Below are positions 8,763-17,787 of a stretch of 64,000 nucleotides of DNA, piece after piece. Each line of letters starts with the position of its first letter. The stretch's first letter is position 1. The position numbers and the translations under genes are program-made. Origin of the DNA: Candidatus Spongiisociaceae bacterium (GTDB lineage Bacteria > Actinomycetota > Acidimicrobiia > Spongiisociales > Spongiisociaceae); NCBI GenBank assembly GCA_965219685.1, contig CBDCOH010000002.1, forward strand, positions 3,264,001 through 3,328,000. The letters run 5' to 3'. A model generated the notes under the pieces. That model worked only from the letters and a program-made list of their open reading frames with translations, had not been told where the DNA came from and did no database searches.

Positions 8763-11107
8763 CCGCCGCCCAGCCGCGCATGGTGGGGGCACGCGTGGCT
8801 CGCGTGGAGGATCCCCGGTTCCTCCGGGGCGAGGCCCGCTACATCGCCAACATCACCCTGCCCGGCATGCGACATGCGCGGTTCGTCCGCTCCCCTTTCG
8901 CCCACGCCCGGATCATCGGCGTCGACAGGTCCGGAGTTCCCGCCGGGGTCGCGGCCTACACCGGCGAGGACTGGGGAGCACCCTCGATAGAGTGCACGAG
9001 CCGCTACGAGGGCTTCCAGCGGGCACCGATGCCTGTCCTCGCCACCGGCAAGGTCCGTTATGCGGGCGAACCCGTAGCCGTCGTGGTGGCCGGTGACCCG
9101 TACCTGGCCGAGGACGCAGCCGAGGCTGTGGTGGTCGATTACGACCCCCTCCTTCCGGTTACGACGGTGGATGAAGCCCTGGCGGTGGATGCACCCCTCG
9201 TGCACGAGGATTGGACCTCCAACCGGTACGTGCCGAGGGCGTATGCCTCGCCCGACTACGACCGGGAGACCGAAGGCACCCTCACCGTCTCCGGTAGGTT
9301 CCTCAACAGCCGGCACTCGGGGGTGCCGCTCGAAGGGCGGGCTGTGCTCGCCGAGTACACCGGCGGCCGGATCCGGGTCCACACCGCCACCCAGATCCCC
9401 CACCTCGTGCGAACCGCCGTAGCGTCGGCCATGGACCTGGCGGAGAGCGCGGTCCAGATCGTATCCCCCGATGTGGGAGGGGGATTCGGGGTCAAGGCCC
9501 AGGCCTATCCCGAAGAGGTGGCGTGCGCTCTCGCCGCCCGTGCCCTGGCCACCCCGGTTAAGTGGCTGGAGGACCGCAGGGAGCACTTCCTGGCCAGCCA
9601 CCACTCCCGCGAGCATCGCCACGACGCCACCCTCCATTACAACAAAGAAGGCCGTATCAAAGCCCTAACCGCGGCGGTGCGTGTCGACATGGGCGCCTAC
9701 TCGGTGTTCCCTTGGACGTCGACGATGGACACCGGCATGGCGATGGGCATCCTGCCCGGCCCTTACCGCTTCACCGGTTACAAGGTCGACGGTTACCCCA
9801 CCTGCACCAACAAGACGCCCTACGGCGCCTACCGGGGCGTGGCTCGTCCGGCTGCCTGCTTCACGATCGAACGTCTCGTCGACTGGATGGCGCGCGAACG
9901 CGGCCTGGACCGGCTCGAAGCGCGGCGAAGGAATCTCGTGCGGGCGGAGGACTACCCCTGGACCAACCCGGGCGGCCTGGTGTACGACGGCGGTTCCCTG
10001 GTCGAGTCCATCGACGTGATGCGGGAATGGATCGGCTACGACTCCCTGAACGAGGAACTGGCCCGCGACCGCAGGGGCGGCAGGCTGCGGGGCCTGGGTG
10101 TGGCCATCTTCACCGAGCAGTCGGCTCACACGACGGAGGAGTTCAAGAAGAGGGGCGTCCCGATCGTCTTCGGCTACGAGACTTCGATGGCCCGCCTCGA
10201 TCCCACCGGTAACCTGACGATCGCGGCGTCGATCCACAACCACGGCCAGGGCCTGGAGACCACGCTGGGCCAGCTGGCCGGAGAGGTCCTCGGCCTCTCC
10301 GTTGACCGGATCAACGTCGTGTTCGGTGATACCGACCAGGTCTCCTACGGCTTCGGCACGTTCGCCAGCCGGTCCGCCGTCCTCGCCGGTGGGGCGGCGC
10401 GCCTCGCCGCCGGGGCGCTGCGGGAGAAACTGGCGCGGATCGCTGCTCACCTCCTCGAAGCCTCGGAGAAGGATCTGGTCTTCCGCGATAACCGGGTCGA
10501 GGTGGTCGGTACGCCGGGTTCAGCGGTAGCGCTGGAGGAGCTATGCCGTATCACCTACCAGCGCCCGGACCTCCTGCCCCCGGGGACCGAGCCCACTCTC
10601 GAGGAAACGAGGGTCTACGACGCACCGCCAGGTACGGGTACGTACACCAATGCCCTCCACGCGGGGATCGTCGAGATCGACGAGGCAACCGGCGCCATCG
10701 ACCTTCAGAACTACTGGGTTGTCGAGGACTGCGGTGTGATGATCAACCCGCTGATCGTGGAGGGACAGATTCATGGGGGAGTTGCCCAGGGGGTGGGGAG
10801 CGCCCTGTTCGAGGAGATGATCTACGACACCGACGGCCAGCTGCTGACGACCACCTTCATGGACTACCTGCTGCCCACCGCAAAAGACATCCCGTTCATC
10901 GCCACCCGCCACCTGGAGACCCCGTCGCCCACCACCGAGGGCGGGATCAAGGGCATGGGCGAGGGCGGCGCCATCGCTCCTGCAGCGGTGATCGCAGGCG
11001 GAGTCGAGGACGCCCTGTGCGCACTCGGCCGGGTGTGGGTCTCCCAGGTGCCGCTCACCCCTGAACGGGTGCTAGGTCACATCGCCGATGCGAGGAGCCG
11101 ACAGTGA
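8759..11107 (+). CDS. Xanthine-oxidase-family molybdopterin large subunit (CoxL-like, not form I CODH)
   Basis: RVEDPRFL, DVGGGFGVK, active-site loop AYRGVARP, HGQGLETT, VEGQIHGG, KGMGEGG. Confidence 0.93.
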   Translation: MTAAQPRMVGARVARVEDPRFLRGEARYIANITLPGMRHARFVRSPFAHARIIGVDRSGVPAGVAAYTGEDWGAPSIECTSRYEGFQRAPMPVLATGKVRYAGEPVAVVVAGDPYLAEDAAEAVVVDYDPLLPVTTVDEALAVDAPLVHEDWTSNRYVPRAYASPDYDRETEGTLTVSGRFLNSRHSGVPLEGRAVLAEYTGGRIRVHTATQIPHLVRTAVASAMDLAESAVQIVSPDVGGGFGVKAQAYPEEVACALAARALATPVKWLEDRREHFLASHHSREHRHDATLHYNKEGRIKALTAAVRVDMGAYSVFPWTSTMDTGMAMGILPGPYRFTGYKVDGYPTCTNKTPYGAYRGVARPAACFTIERLVDWMARERGLDRLEARRRNLVRAEDYPWTNPGGLVYDGGSLVESIDVMREWIGYDSLNEELARDRRGGRLRGLGVAIFTEQSAHTTEEFKKRGVPIVFGYETSMARLDPTGNLTIAASIHNHGQGLETTLGQLAGEVLGLSVDRINVVFGDTDQVSYGFGTFASRSAVLAGGAARLAAGALREKLARIAAHLLEASEKDLVFRDNRVEVVGTPGSAVALEELCRITYQRPDLLPPGTEPTLEETRVYDAPPGTGTYTNALHAGIVEIDEATGAIDLQNYWVVEDCGVMINPLIVEGQIHGGVAQGVGSALFEEMIYDTDGQLLTTTFMDYLLPTAKDIPFIATRHLETPSPTTEGGIKGMGEGGAIAPAAVIAGGVEDALCALGRVWVSQVPLTPERVLGHIADARSRQ

Positions 11108-12561
11108 ACAGATCCATCAATGCCTGCGCCGTGCAGTTGGAGTCGCTCGAAGGTCGGACCCCGGACGACGCTCTCGAGGTGGTTGCTTCGCGGATAGCAG
11201 AAGCTGCGGGTCTGGGCGCACAGCTGATCGTGCTACCCGAGATCTGGACGCCGGGCTACTTCGCGTTCGATGACTACGCGGAAGCCTCGCAGCACGCCGC
11301 CCGAATCAGGAACGAGCTCTCGGCCCATGCCCGTACCCTCGATGTCCACATCCACGGCGGCTCGTTCGTCGAGGAGGACGAGGGTGATCTGTACAACACG
11401 AGCGTCCTCTTCGACCCGGACGGCCGGGCAGTAGCCGAGTATCGCAAGATCCACCTGTTCGGATACGGCTCCCGCGAACCGGAGGTGTTGGCGCCCGGAA
11501 CCTCGCCGACCGTGGCCGACACCGATCTCGGGCGGATCGGGATGGTGGTGTGCTACGACCTCCGCTACCCCGGGCTGTTCCGCCACATGGTCGACCAGGG
11601 CGCCGAGATGGTGCTGGTCGCCTCCGCCTGGCCGCATCCGCGGGTCGGTCCCTGGTCAACGCTGAACCGCGCTCGGGCCATCGAAGGCCAGATCCACGTC
11701 GTAGCCGCCAACGGGGTGGGCCCCACCGAGAGCGGTCCCAGCCTGTGCGGCAACTCGGTGATCGTCGACCCCTGGGGAGTACCGGTGGCCCAGGCTGGCG
11801 ACGAGCCGGCGCTGGTCATGGCCCACCTCGACCTCGACGCGCCCTCGGCCGCCCGGCAGCGGTTCCACCAGCTGGCCGACCGGCAGATGGTCGGCCGCAG
11901 CACCCACCGGATCCGGTTCCGGAGACCCGGCGAGCGACCCATGGCGATGGAGGTCGACCGGGTGGCGATCGCGGGCTACACCGGCCGCGACGCCGATGCT
12001 GTCAACGCCTACGTCGAGAAGCTCGCCGAGGAAGGCATCGAGCCTCCCCCGTCCGTTCCGATGGTATTCCCGGTCGGCCGTGACCGGGTGGTCGCCCATG
12101 ACGTGATCGACGTGACCGGGGACCACACCAGCGGAGAGGTCGAGTTCGTCCTCCTGGTGACGGAGGACGGCATCCATGTCACCGCCGGCTCCGATCACAC
12201 GGACCGGTCCCTGGAACAGCAGTCCATCCCGCTCTCGAAACAGGTCGTGCCCAAGGTCGTGGCCGGCGACGCCTGGCGGCTCGACGAGGTGGCCGATCAC
12301 TGGGATCAGCTGGAACTGACCGCCTTCGTCGGCGAGGAGCGCCGCCTTTACCAGAAGACAGGGGTCGACTTCTTCCTCGAACCCGCCGAGGTCCTCTCGC
12401 TCGTCGAGGCAGCTCCGGGGACGGTGGTGTTCTGCGGGACGGTGTCCTCACTGGGCGGCGGCTTCGACTTCGACCCGGTCTTCACCGGCCGGCTGCACGA
12501 TCCGGTCCTGGACCGTTCCATCGAGTTCACCTATCGGGCCCGGCATCTGGAGGACCAGTGA
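11104..12561 (+). CDS. Carbon-nitrogen hydrolase (amidase) fused to a C-terminal DUF2848-like domain
   Basis: N-half has the triad LPEIW / YRKIHLF / VCYDLRYP. C-half has AGYTGRD..EGIEPP..SGEVE..GSDHTDR..SKQ..HWDQL. Confidence 0.85.
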   Translation: MNRSINACAVQLESLEGRTPDDALEVVASRIAEAAGLGAQLIVLPEIWTPGYFAFDDYAEASQHAARIRNELSAHARTLDVHIHGGSFVEEDEGDLYNTSVLFDPDGRAVAEYRKIHLFGYGSREPEVLAPGTSPTVADTDLGRIGMVVCYDLRYPGLFRHMVDQGAEMVLVASAWPHPRVGPWSTLNRARAIEGQIHVVAANGVGPTESGPSLCGNSVIVDPWGVPVAQAGDEPALVMAHLDLDAPSAARQRFHQLADRQMVGRSTHRIRFRRPGERPMAMEVDRVAIAGYTGRDADAVNAYVEKLAEEGIEPPPSVPMVFPVGRDRVVAHDVIDVTGDHTSGEVEFVLLVTEDGIHVTAGSDHTDRSLEQQSIPLSKQVVPKVVAGDAWRLDEVADHWDQLELTAFVGEERRLYQKTGVDFFLEPAEVLSLVEAAPGTVVFCGTVSSLGGGFDFDPVFTGRLHDPVLDRSIEFTYRARHLEDQ

Positions 12562-13247
12562 TAGAGAAGGGACCCAGAGGATTCGTCGATCCCACCCTCG
12601 TCGAGTGGTCGCCCGAAGCAGGGATCCAGGGCCTATACGCTAAGACGCTGGCCCGGTGCGAGAACACCGGCTCCTACACCCGGCTGCTCAAGTTCCTGCC
12701 CGGTACCGACACCTCCCCCGCCGGAACCCAGTCCCACCACCACCTCGAAGAGCTGTGGATAGTGTCGGGAGCAATCTATGACCTGGCGCTCGAGCAGAAC
12801 TTCGTCAAAGGGATGTACGCCAACCGGCTCCACCACATGGATCACGGACCTTGGCGGTCCCCGCACGGCGCCATCACCTTCGAGCTTCGCGACATGGACG
12901 CCGACCGGCAGATCACCAAGGAGCAGTTGGAGTTCTTCGACCCGTCGTTGCGCCCCTGGGACAAGGTCGACGAGCGAGCCGGCGTCTACGTCAAGACGCT
13001 CACCGAATGTCCGCGAACCGGCTCGTACGGACGCCTGGTCCGGTTCCGGCCCGGGGCTTCCCGCCCGTCGTTCGACGGTTCGTACGGCACGAGTGAACTG
13101 TGGATCGTGTCCGGGGTGCTCTCGACAGTGGGAGGGGAGACGGTCCAGCCCCGGGGAACTTACGGGAACCTCGAGGTGGATCTGCTCGACGGTTCCTGGA
13201 CGTCCCCGGTCGGCTGCACCGTCTTCGAGGTCAGGAACCGGATCTGA
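12558..13247 (+). CDS. Tandem (duplicated) ChrR-like cupin protein
   Basis: Two internal repeats of KTL..C..TGSY.RL..F.PG...ELWIVSG...G.W.SP.G...FE.R. Confidence 0.8.
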   Translation: MIEKGPRGFVDPTLVEWSPEAGIQGLYAKTLARCENTGSYTRLLKFLPGTDTSPAGTQSHHHLEELWIVSGAIYDLALEQNFVKGMYANRLHHMDHGPWRSPHGAITFELRDMDADRQITKEQLEFFDPSLRPWDKVDERAGVYVKTLTECPRTGSYGRLVRFRPGASRPSFDGSYGTSELWIVSGVLSTVGGETVQPRGTYGNLEVDLLDGSWTSPVGCTVFEVRNRI

Positions 13248-13375
13248 GCGTGGGTTTCCAGCCTGACCCCGCTCCGAGTGCGTCGGAGCGTTGACGTGGC
13301 CTCTGACATGATGGCCCATCCGCCTGCTCCCCTCCTTCGAGTTCGACTCGGTGGACGGGTGTTCGAGGTAGTTCC

Positions 13376-13687
13376 ATGAGGTGGCGAAAGGCCCCCGTAC
13401 CGGCCGCCTCCCTCACCGAGGCGGGACCTGTCGGCATCACGATGGACGGCACCGATCTCCTGGTGGGCAGCTACGAGGGAAAGCTCTGGGCGATCGAGGA
13501 CCTCTGCAGCCACGCGGCGTGCGCCTTCACTGAGGACGGCGAAGTGGACGGTAACGCAGCCATCTGCGACTGCCACGGTTCGGAGTTCGACGTATTCACG
13601 GGAGAGGTTCTCGAACCTCCGGCCCAGGATCCCATCCGGACATTCCAGGTGAGAGATGAAGGCGGGCTGATTATGGTGTTGGTGTGA
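13376..13687 (+). CDS. Rieske-type [2Fe-2S] ferredoxin
   Basis: CSH...CDCHGSEFD..TGEVLEPPA; 103 aa. Confidence 0.93.
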   Translation: MRWRKAPVPAASLTEAGPVGITMDGTDLLVGSYEGKLWAIEDLCSHAACAFTEDGEVDGNAAICDCHGSEFDVFTGEVLEPPAQDPIRTFQVRDEGGLIMVLV

Positions 13688-14859
13688 TGGACGTCGACCA
13701 GTTGACGGTGGCGGAACTCGACGTGGATCCGTACCCGATCTACGCGGAGTTGCGGGAAATGGCGCCGGCCGTCTACATGCCGTGCCTCGATGTGTGGATG
13801 ATCGTGCGCTTCGAGGGCATCACCGAGGCTGCCATCAACACAGAGCAGTTCCCCGCCCATGTCACCCCTTCGCCCACCGACAACGCCCTCGGCGGTATCT
13901 CGATGATGACGACGGATGGGGAACCGGCCAAGCAGCGGCGGAGACCGTTCGATTCCACGTTCAGGCCCCGGGCGGTGGAGGCCACGATGCCGGAGGTCTT
14001 CGATCGGATATGCGACGAGCATCTCGATCTCATGGAGGGATCGGATTCGGCGGACCTCGTACCGGAGTTCTTCGAGCCCGTCTCACTTAGGTCGCTGGCG
14101 TACGCAATAGGGCTGCCGTCGCTTGAAGTTGCCACCCTGCGCCGATGGTTCGCCGGTCTGGCGGCCGGTGTCTCGAACTACGAGGACGATCCGGCCAAGA
14201 CGCGTTTCTGCCAGGAGGTGGCAGCCGAGATCGACGAGGCACTCCGGCCGGAATTCGAACGGGTACTCGACGATCCGGACGACGGACTGCTGTCCACCCT
14301 GGTCCACGCTACCGAAGGGCCGCTGGATGCCCGGCTGGAATGGCTGATGCCGTCGTTGAAGCTCGTCTTGCTCGGGGGTCTCCAAGAGCCTGCCCACGGC
14401 GCCGCCACCGTGGCGTACTGCCTGCTGGCCAATCCGGACCAACTGCAGGCCGTTCGGGAGAACACGGGCCTGATGAGGCAGGCGGTGGAAGAGGGGTTGC
14501 GCTGGACCGCCCCCATCGGCAACCTCCTGCGCGGTATTGCGCCGGGCGCATCGGTGGAGGGAATGGAACTACCGGAAGGCGAGAGGGCCATCCTAGTGGT
14601 CGCCTCCGGGAACCGGGACCGCGCGGTCTTCGGTCCCGACGCCGACGTGTTCGACATCCATCGACCCCGGCGGAACCACCTGTCGTTCGCGGTGGGACCG
14701 CACTACTGCATCGGTCACCACTTCGCCCGGGTCCAGTTGCGTATGGCGATCAACAAGCTGATCTCACGTTTCCCGGCCATCGAACTCGCCCCGGACCACC
14801 GGACGATGTTCCACGGGCACGAGTACCGCTCGCCCAAGACGCTACGGGTAACGCTGTGA
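13684..14859 (+). CDS. Cytochrome P450, CYP255 (GcoA/SyoA aromatic O-demethylase)-like
   Basis: Heme motif FAVGPHYCIG, ExxR in EEGLRW, I-helix LLGGLQEPAHG, EPVSLRSL. Confidence 0.9.
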   Translation: MMDVDQLTVAELDVDPYPIYAELREMAPAVYMPCLDVWMIVRFEGITEAAINTEQFPAHVTPSPTDNALGGISMMTTDGEPAKQRRRPFDSTFRPRAVEATMPEVFDRICDEHLDLMEGSDSADLVPEFFEPVSLRSLAYAIGLPSLEVATLRRWFAGLAAGVSNYEDDPAKTRFCQEVAAEIDEALRPEFERVLDDPDDGLLSTLVHATEGPLDARLEWLMPSLKLVLLGGLQEPAHGAATVAYCLLANPDQLQAVRENTGLMRQAVEEGLRWTAPIGNLLRGIAPGASVEGMELPEGERAILVVASGNRDRAVFGPDADVFDIHRPRRNHLSFAVGPHYCIGHHFARVQLRMAINKLISRFPAIELAPDHRTMFHGHEYRSPKTLRVTL

Positions 14860-14932
14860 GCGGAGCGGAGGAACCCATGGGAACTGACCCAACGCACGCC
14901 ATCCCCCGGCGCAATACGAGAAGGCCGGGCTG

Positions 14933-15964
14933 ATGGCCGCCCCGATCCGCTCCGAACTGGCTTTCACGAGTGGCAACGAACTCCTGGTAGGTGACCTTGT
15001 CACTCCCGCCGGCCGGGACGACTTTCCCACCGTTGTGTTCCTGGCGGGGACCGGGGCGATCGACAGGTTCCAGCGGGGCGTGCTCCCCGGCGGGGAGATC
15101 AGGGACAGCAAGCCGCGGGGCTGGCTTACCGACGGCTTGGCCCGGATGGGCGTAGCGGTCTTCGCATGGGACAAGCGCGGAGTCGGCGCCAGCACCGGAG
15201 GGAACCGGAGGCCCGGCGATCCACCGGGAGACCGGGACTCTCACGCGTCGGTGCAAACAGATGTGGACGATGCGCTGGCGGCGTTGGAAGCGGTGTCGCA
15301 GTTGCCACAGGTGAACGAACGGCGGATAACGGTCATGGGGCACAGCGCCGGCGTCTACTTCGCCTCCCTGCTGGCAGCGAGGACCGACCTCCCGACCAGC
15401 TACGTGCTATGGGGTGGTGTGTACCAAGACATCGTCGACCTGATGGACTTCATCTACGGCCAGGCGATCGATTACGCGTCCCGTGGTCCGGAGGAGTACG
15501 CGTTCATACAGAAGCACTCGCCCGCGCTATACGCAACCGGCCTCCGGCGCAGGGAGATCGTCGAGGCAGCCCGTAGGGGCGATGCGACCTACCGGTGGGA
15601 ACACGATGGGCAAGAGCATGTCCAGCACCTGGCGCGCCTCAGCCAGGAGATCGCCTGGCCCCTCGGGGACCAGTTTAGGAACATACGGAAGCCGGTCCTG
15701 GTGATACACGGCGACCGGGACCTAAACGTCACATGCGACGACGCCTTCGAGATCATGGCCGCGCTGCAATCGGCGGGCAACGACGAGGCCACCCTGGTGA
15801 TCGTCCCGGGCGCCGACCACGGGATGCGGGTCGCACCTCGAAACCTGGATGCCGAAACCCGCCTCCGAGAGCGCCTCTCCTTCCACAAGGGCCGCCCGGT
15901 CTCTTCCTTCTTCATGCACTCCGTGGCCGGCTGGATACTCGATCAGGCATTGCTGGACTGCTGA
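14933..15964 (+). CDS. Alpha/beta-fold hydrolase
   Basis: WDKRGVGAS, nucleophile GHSAG, HGDRDLNV (Asp), GADHGM (His). Confidence 0.88.
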   Translation: MAAPIRSELAFTSGNELLVGDLVTPAGRDDFPTVVFLAGTGAIDRFQRGVLPGGEIRDSKPRGWLTDGLARMGVAVFAWDKRGVGASTGGNRRPGDPPGDRDSHASVQTDVDDALAALEAVSQLPQVNERRITVMGHSAGVYFASLLAARTDLPTSYVLWGGVYQDIVDLMDFIYGQAIDYASRGPEEYAFIQKHSPALYATGLRRREIVEAARRGDATYRWEHDGQEHVQHLARLSQEIAWPLGDQFRNIRKPVLVIHGDRDLNVTCDDAFEIMAALQSAGNDEATLVIVPGADHGMRVAPRNLDAETRLRERLSFHKGRPVSSFFMHSVAGWILDQALLDC

Positions 15965-15989
15965 CGGACGGGGCGGACGGGCGAGCAGG

Positions 15990-16976
15990 ATGAGCAGCCG
16001 AACGCCGGCACGGGACCGCACGATACCGCTGGACCTCATCCGGAGAGCGGCCTCCACCATCGGGGAGACAGCAATCCGCACTCCGCTCATCAGGCTTGAC
16101 ATCGATGCCCCTTGCGAGATCTTCCTCAAGTTGGAGAACCTGCAACCAACCGGTGCGTTCAAGATCCGGGGTGCCGCCTTCGGCGTTCTCGACCGGGCCG
16201 GTGAAGACCTTTCCGCAGGAGTCTGGGCGGCTAGTTCGGGGAACATGGCGTCTGCGCTCTCCTACGTCGCACGCTGCTTCTCCATCCCGTGCACCGTCCT
16301 CATGCCCGACACGGCCACGGAGACCAAGGTACGGGCTGTCGAACGTTTGGGTGCCCGGGCGGTGCGGGTCGGCTACTCCGAGTGGTGGCAGGCTCTTGGT
16401 GACCGTGACCATCCGGAGGCCACCGGGGTCTTCTTCCACGGGTTCGACGACGTTCGCATGATGGCGGCCGATGGCACGATCGGGCTCGAGATCGCCGAGG
16501 ATCTGCCCGACGCGGACGCCGTCGTCGTGCCCTTCGGTGGCGGCGGCCTCGCGTGCGGGATCGGGAGCGCGCTCAAGCAGGCGGGAACGACGGCCCGCGT
16601 GCTGGCGGCGGAGTTCGATCAGTTGGCCCCGCTGACAGCCGCCCTGGCCGCCGGGTCACCGGTGGATGTCCACGGAAAGCCGCCCCGGTTCCTGGGCGGT
16701 GTCGGGGGACCGAACGTGGTCGAGTCGATGTGGGCACTGACACGGAAGGTGGTCGACGGCGCGGTGACAACTTCGCTGGACGAGATCGTCCGTGCGATAC
16801 GAGTCCTCGCCACGCAGGGGCGGATCGTCGCCGAGGGCGCCGGGGCAGTGGCCCTGGCCTGCGCCATGAACGGAAAGGCGGGGCCCGGCAAGGTCGTATG
16901 CGTTGTCTCCGGGGGCAACATCGACGGTTCCGACCTGGCAGCCATACTCTCCGGTGGGGTTCCCGGCGAAGCGTGA
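15990..16976 (+). CDS. PLP-dependent threonine/serine dehydratase (serine racemase-like) family protein
   Basis: KLENLQPTGAFKIRG, ASSGNMA, PFGGGGL, EGAGA, VSGGNID; no ACT domain. Confidence 0.9.
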   Translation: MSSRTPARDRTIPLDLIRRAASTIGETAIRTPLIRLDIDAPCEIFLKLENLQPTGAFKIRGAAFGVLDRAGEDLSAGVWAASSGNMASALSYVARCFSIPCTVLMPDTATETKVRAVERLGARAVRVGYSEWWQALGDRDHPEATGVFFHGFDDVRMMAADGTIGLEIAEDLPDADAVVVPFGGGGLACGIGSALKQAGTTARVLAAEFDQLAPLTAALAAGSPVDVHGKPPRFLGGVGGPNVVESMWALTRKVVDGAVTTSLDEIVRAIRVLATQGRIVAEGAGAVALACAMNGKAGPGKVVCVVSGGNIDGSDLAAILSGGVPGEA

Positions 16977-17105
16977 AAGCCGAACGGTGATCGTGGGCAC
17001 CTACTCCGGCACCCACCACACGTCCGGATCCGGGCCCGGGAGGGTGCTAGTTCTTCAGTTCAGGTGTGTTCGGCAGACGTGTTCGGTCATGCGAGGGGTC
17101 GGTTC

Positions 17106-17127
17106 TGTCACACCCCTGTTGCATATT
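17106..17127 (+). promoter_or_regulatory. Possible PafBC/RecA-NDp-like DNA-damage promoter
   Basis: TGTCAC-N10-CATATT resembles the actinobacterial TGTCRG-N10-TANNNT motif; two GTGTTCG LexA-like half-sites lie just upstream. Confidence 0.3.
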
Positions 17128-17475
17128 GGTAGGTAACCGCCAAGCACCGACGGTCCGTTTTCTCGGTACCGACCGGACCCGATCGGGTTCATGTAGTCCA
17201 CTAGGCCCTCTGAAAGGGTAAAGCGGGACGCGTTTCGACGCCGAGGAGGCGGCGGTTGGGGGTGGGGCCCGCGGGGGAGACCGCCTTCGCGGTTTTCGCG
17301 GTCTTGATTGCCGGGGATCGGTGGGTGCTGGGGGGCGGCATCTTCAGCGAACTGCCGACGTAGGACGCCTCGGACTGTGACCGATGAGAAGAGGTCGCTG
17401 CTTCATCAGATCGAGATTATAGTTTCGTTATCAGTTCTTCACAGATAGTATTATGTCTACATAGTTTCCATAAAG

Positions 17476-17787
17476 GTGTTCAGTCCGGTGACGATGGAGG
17501 CTGCGCGGCTGCTGGGCAGTCGGGTGGCGTTGGCGCGGCGGGAGCGGCGTTGGACGCTCGCCGAGCTCGCCGAGAGGGTGGGGGTGTCGGTTGTCACGAT
17601 CCGCAAGGTGGAACGGGGTGACCCGACCGTCGCCTTGGGCACGGCCCTCGAAGCGGCCACGCTCGTCGGGGTGACGCTGTTCCACGAAGACCCGGTTAGG
17701 CGCTCCCTGGAGGTGGAAGCCGTCCAAGCCAGGCTCGCGATGTTGCCGGCCTCGGTGCGCCGCGCCGCCGTCGATGACGACTTCTGA
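17476..17787 (+). CDS. hipB: XRE-family HTH antitoxin (HipB-like)
   Basis: ARRERRWTLAELAERVGVS..TIRKVERG HTH; overlaps the hipA start. Confidence 0.85.
   Translation: MFSPVTMEAARLLGSRVALARRERRWTLAELAERVGVSVVTIRKVERGDPTVALGTALEAATLVGVTLFHEDPVRRSLEVEAVQARLAMLPASVRRAAVDDDF

Noticed and set aside
8759-11107. Aerobic CO dehydrogenase (form I coxL)
   Set aside because: It lacks the Cu-binding AYxCSFR loop, and no coxDEFG accessory genes are present.
17215-17400. Structured ncRNA or IS end
   Set aside because: GC-rich sequence folds trivially. No tRNA, tmRNA or SRP consensus, terminal inverted repeats or transposase remnant is recognisable.
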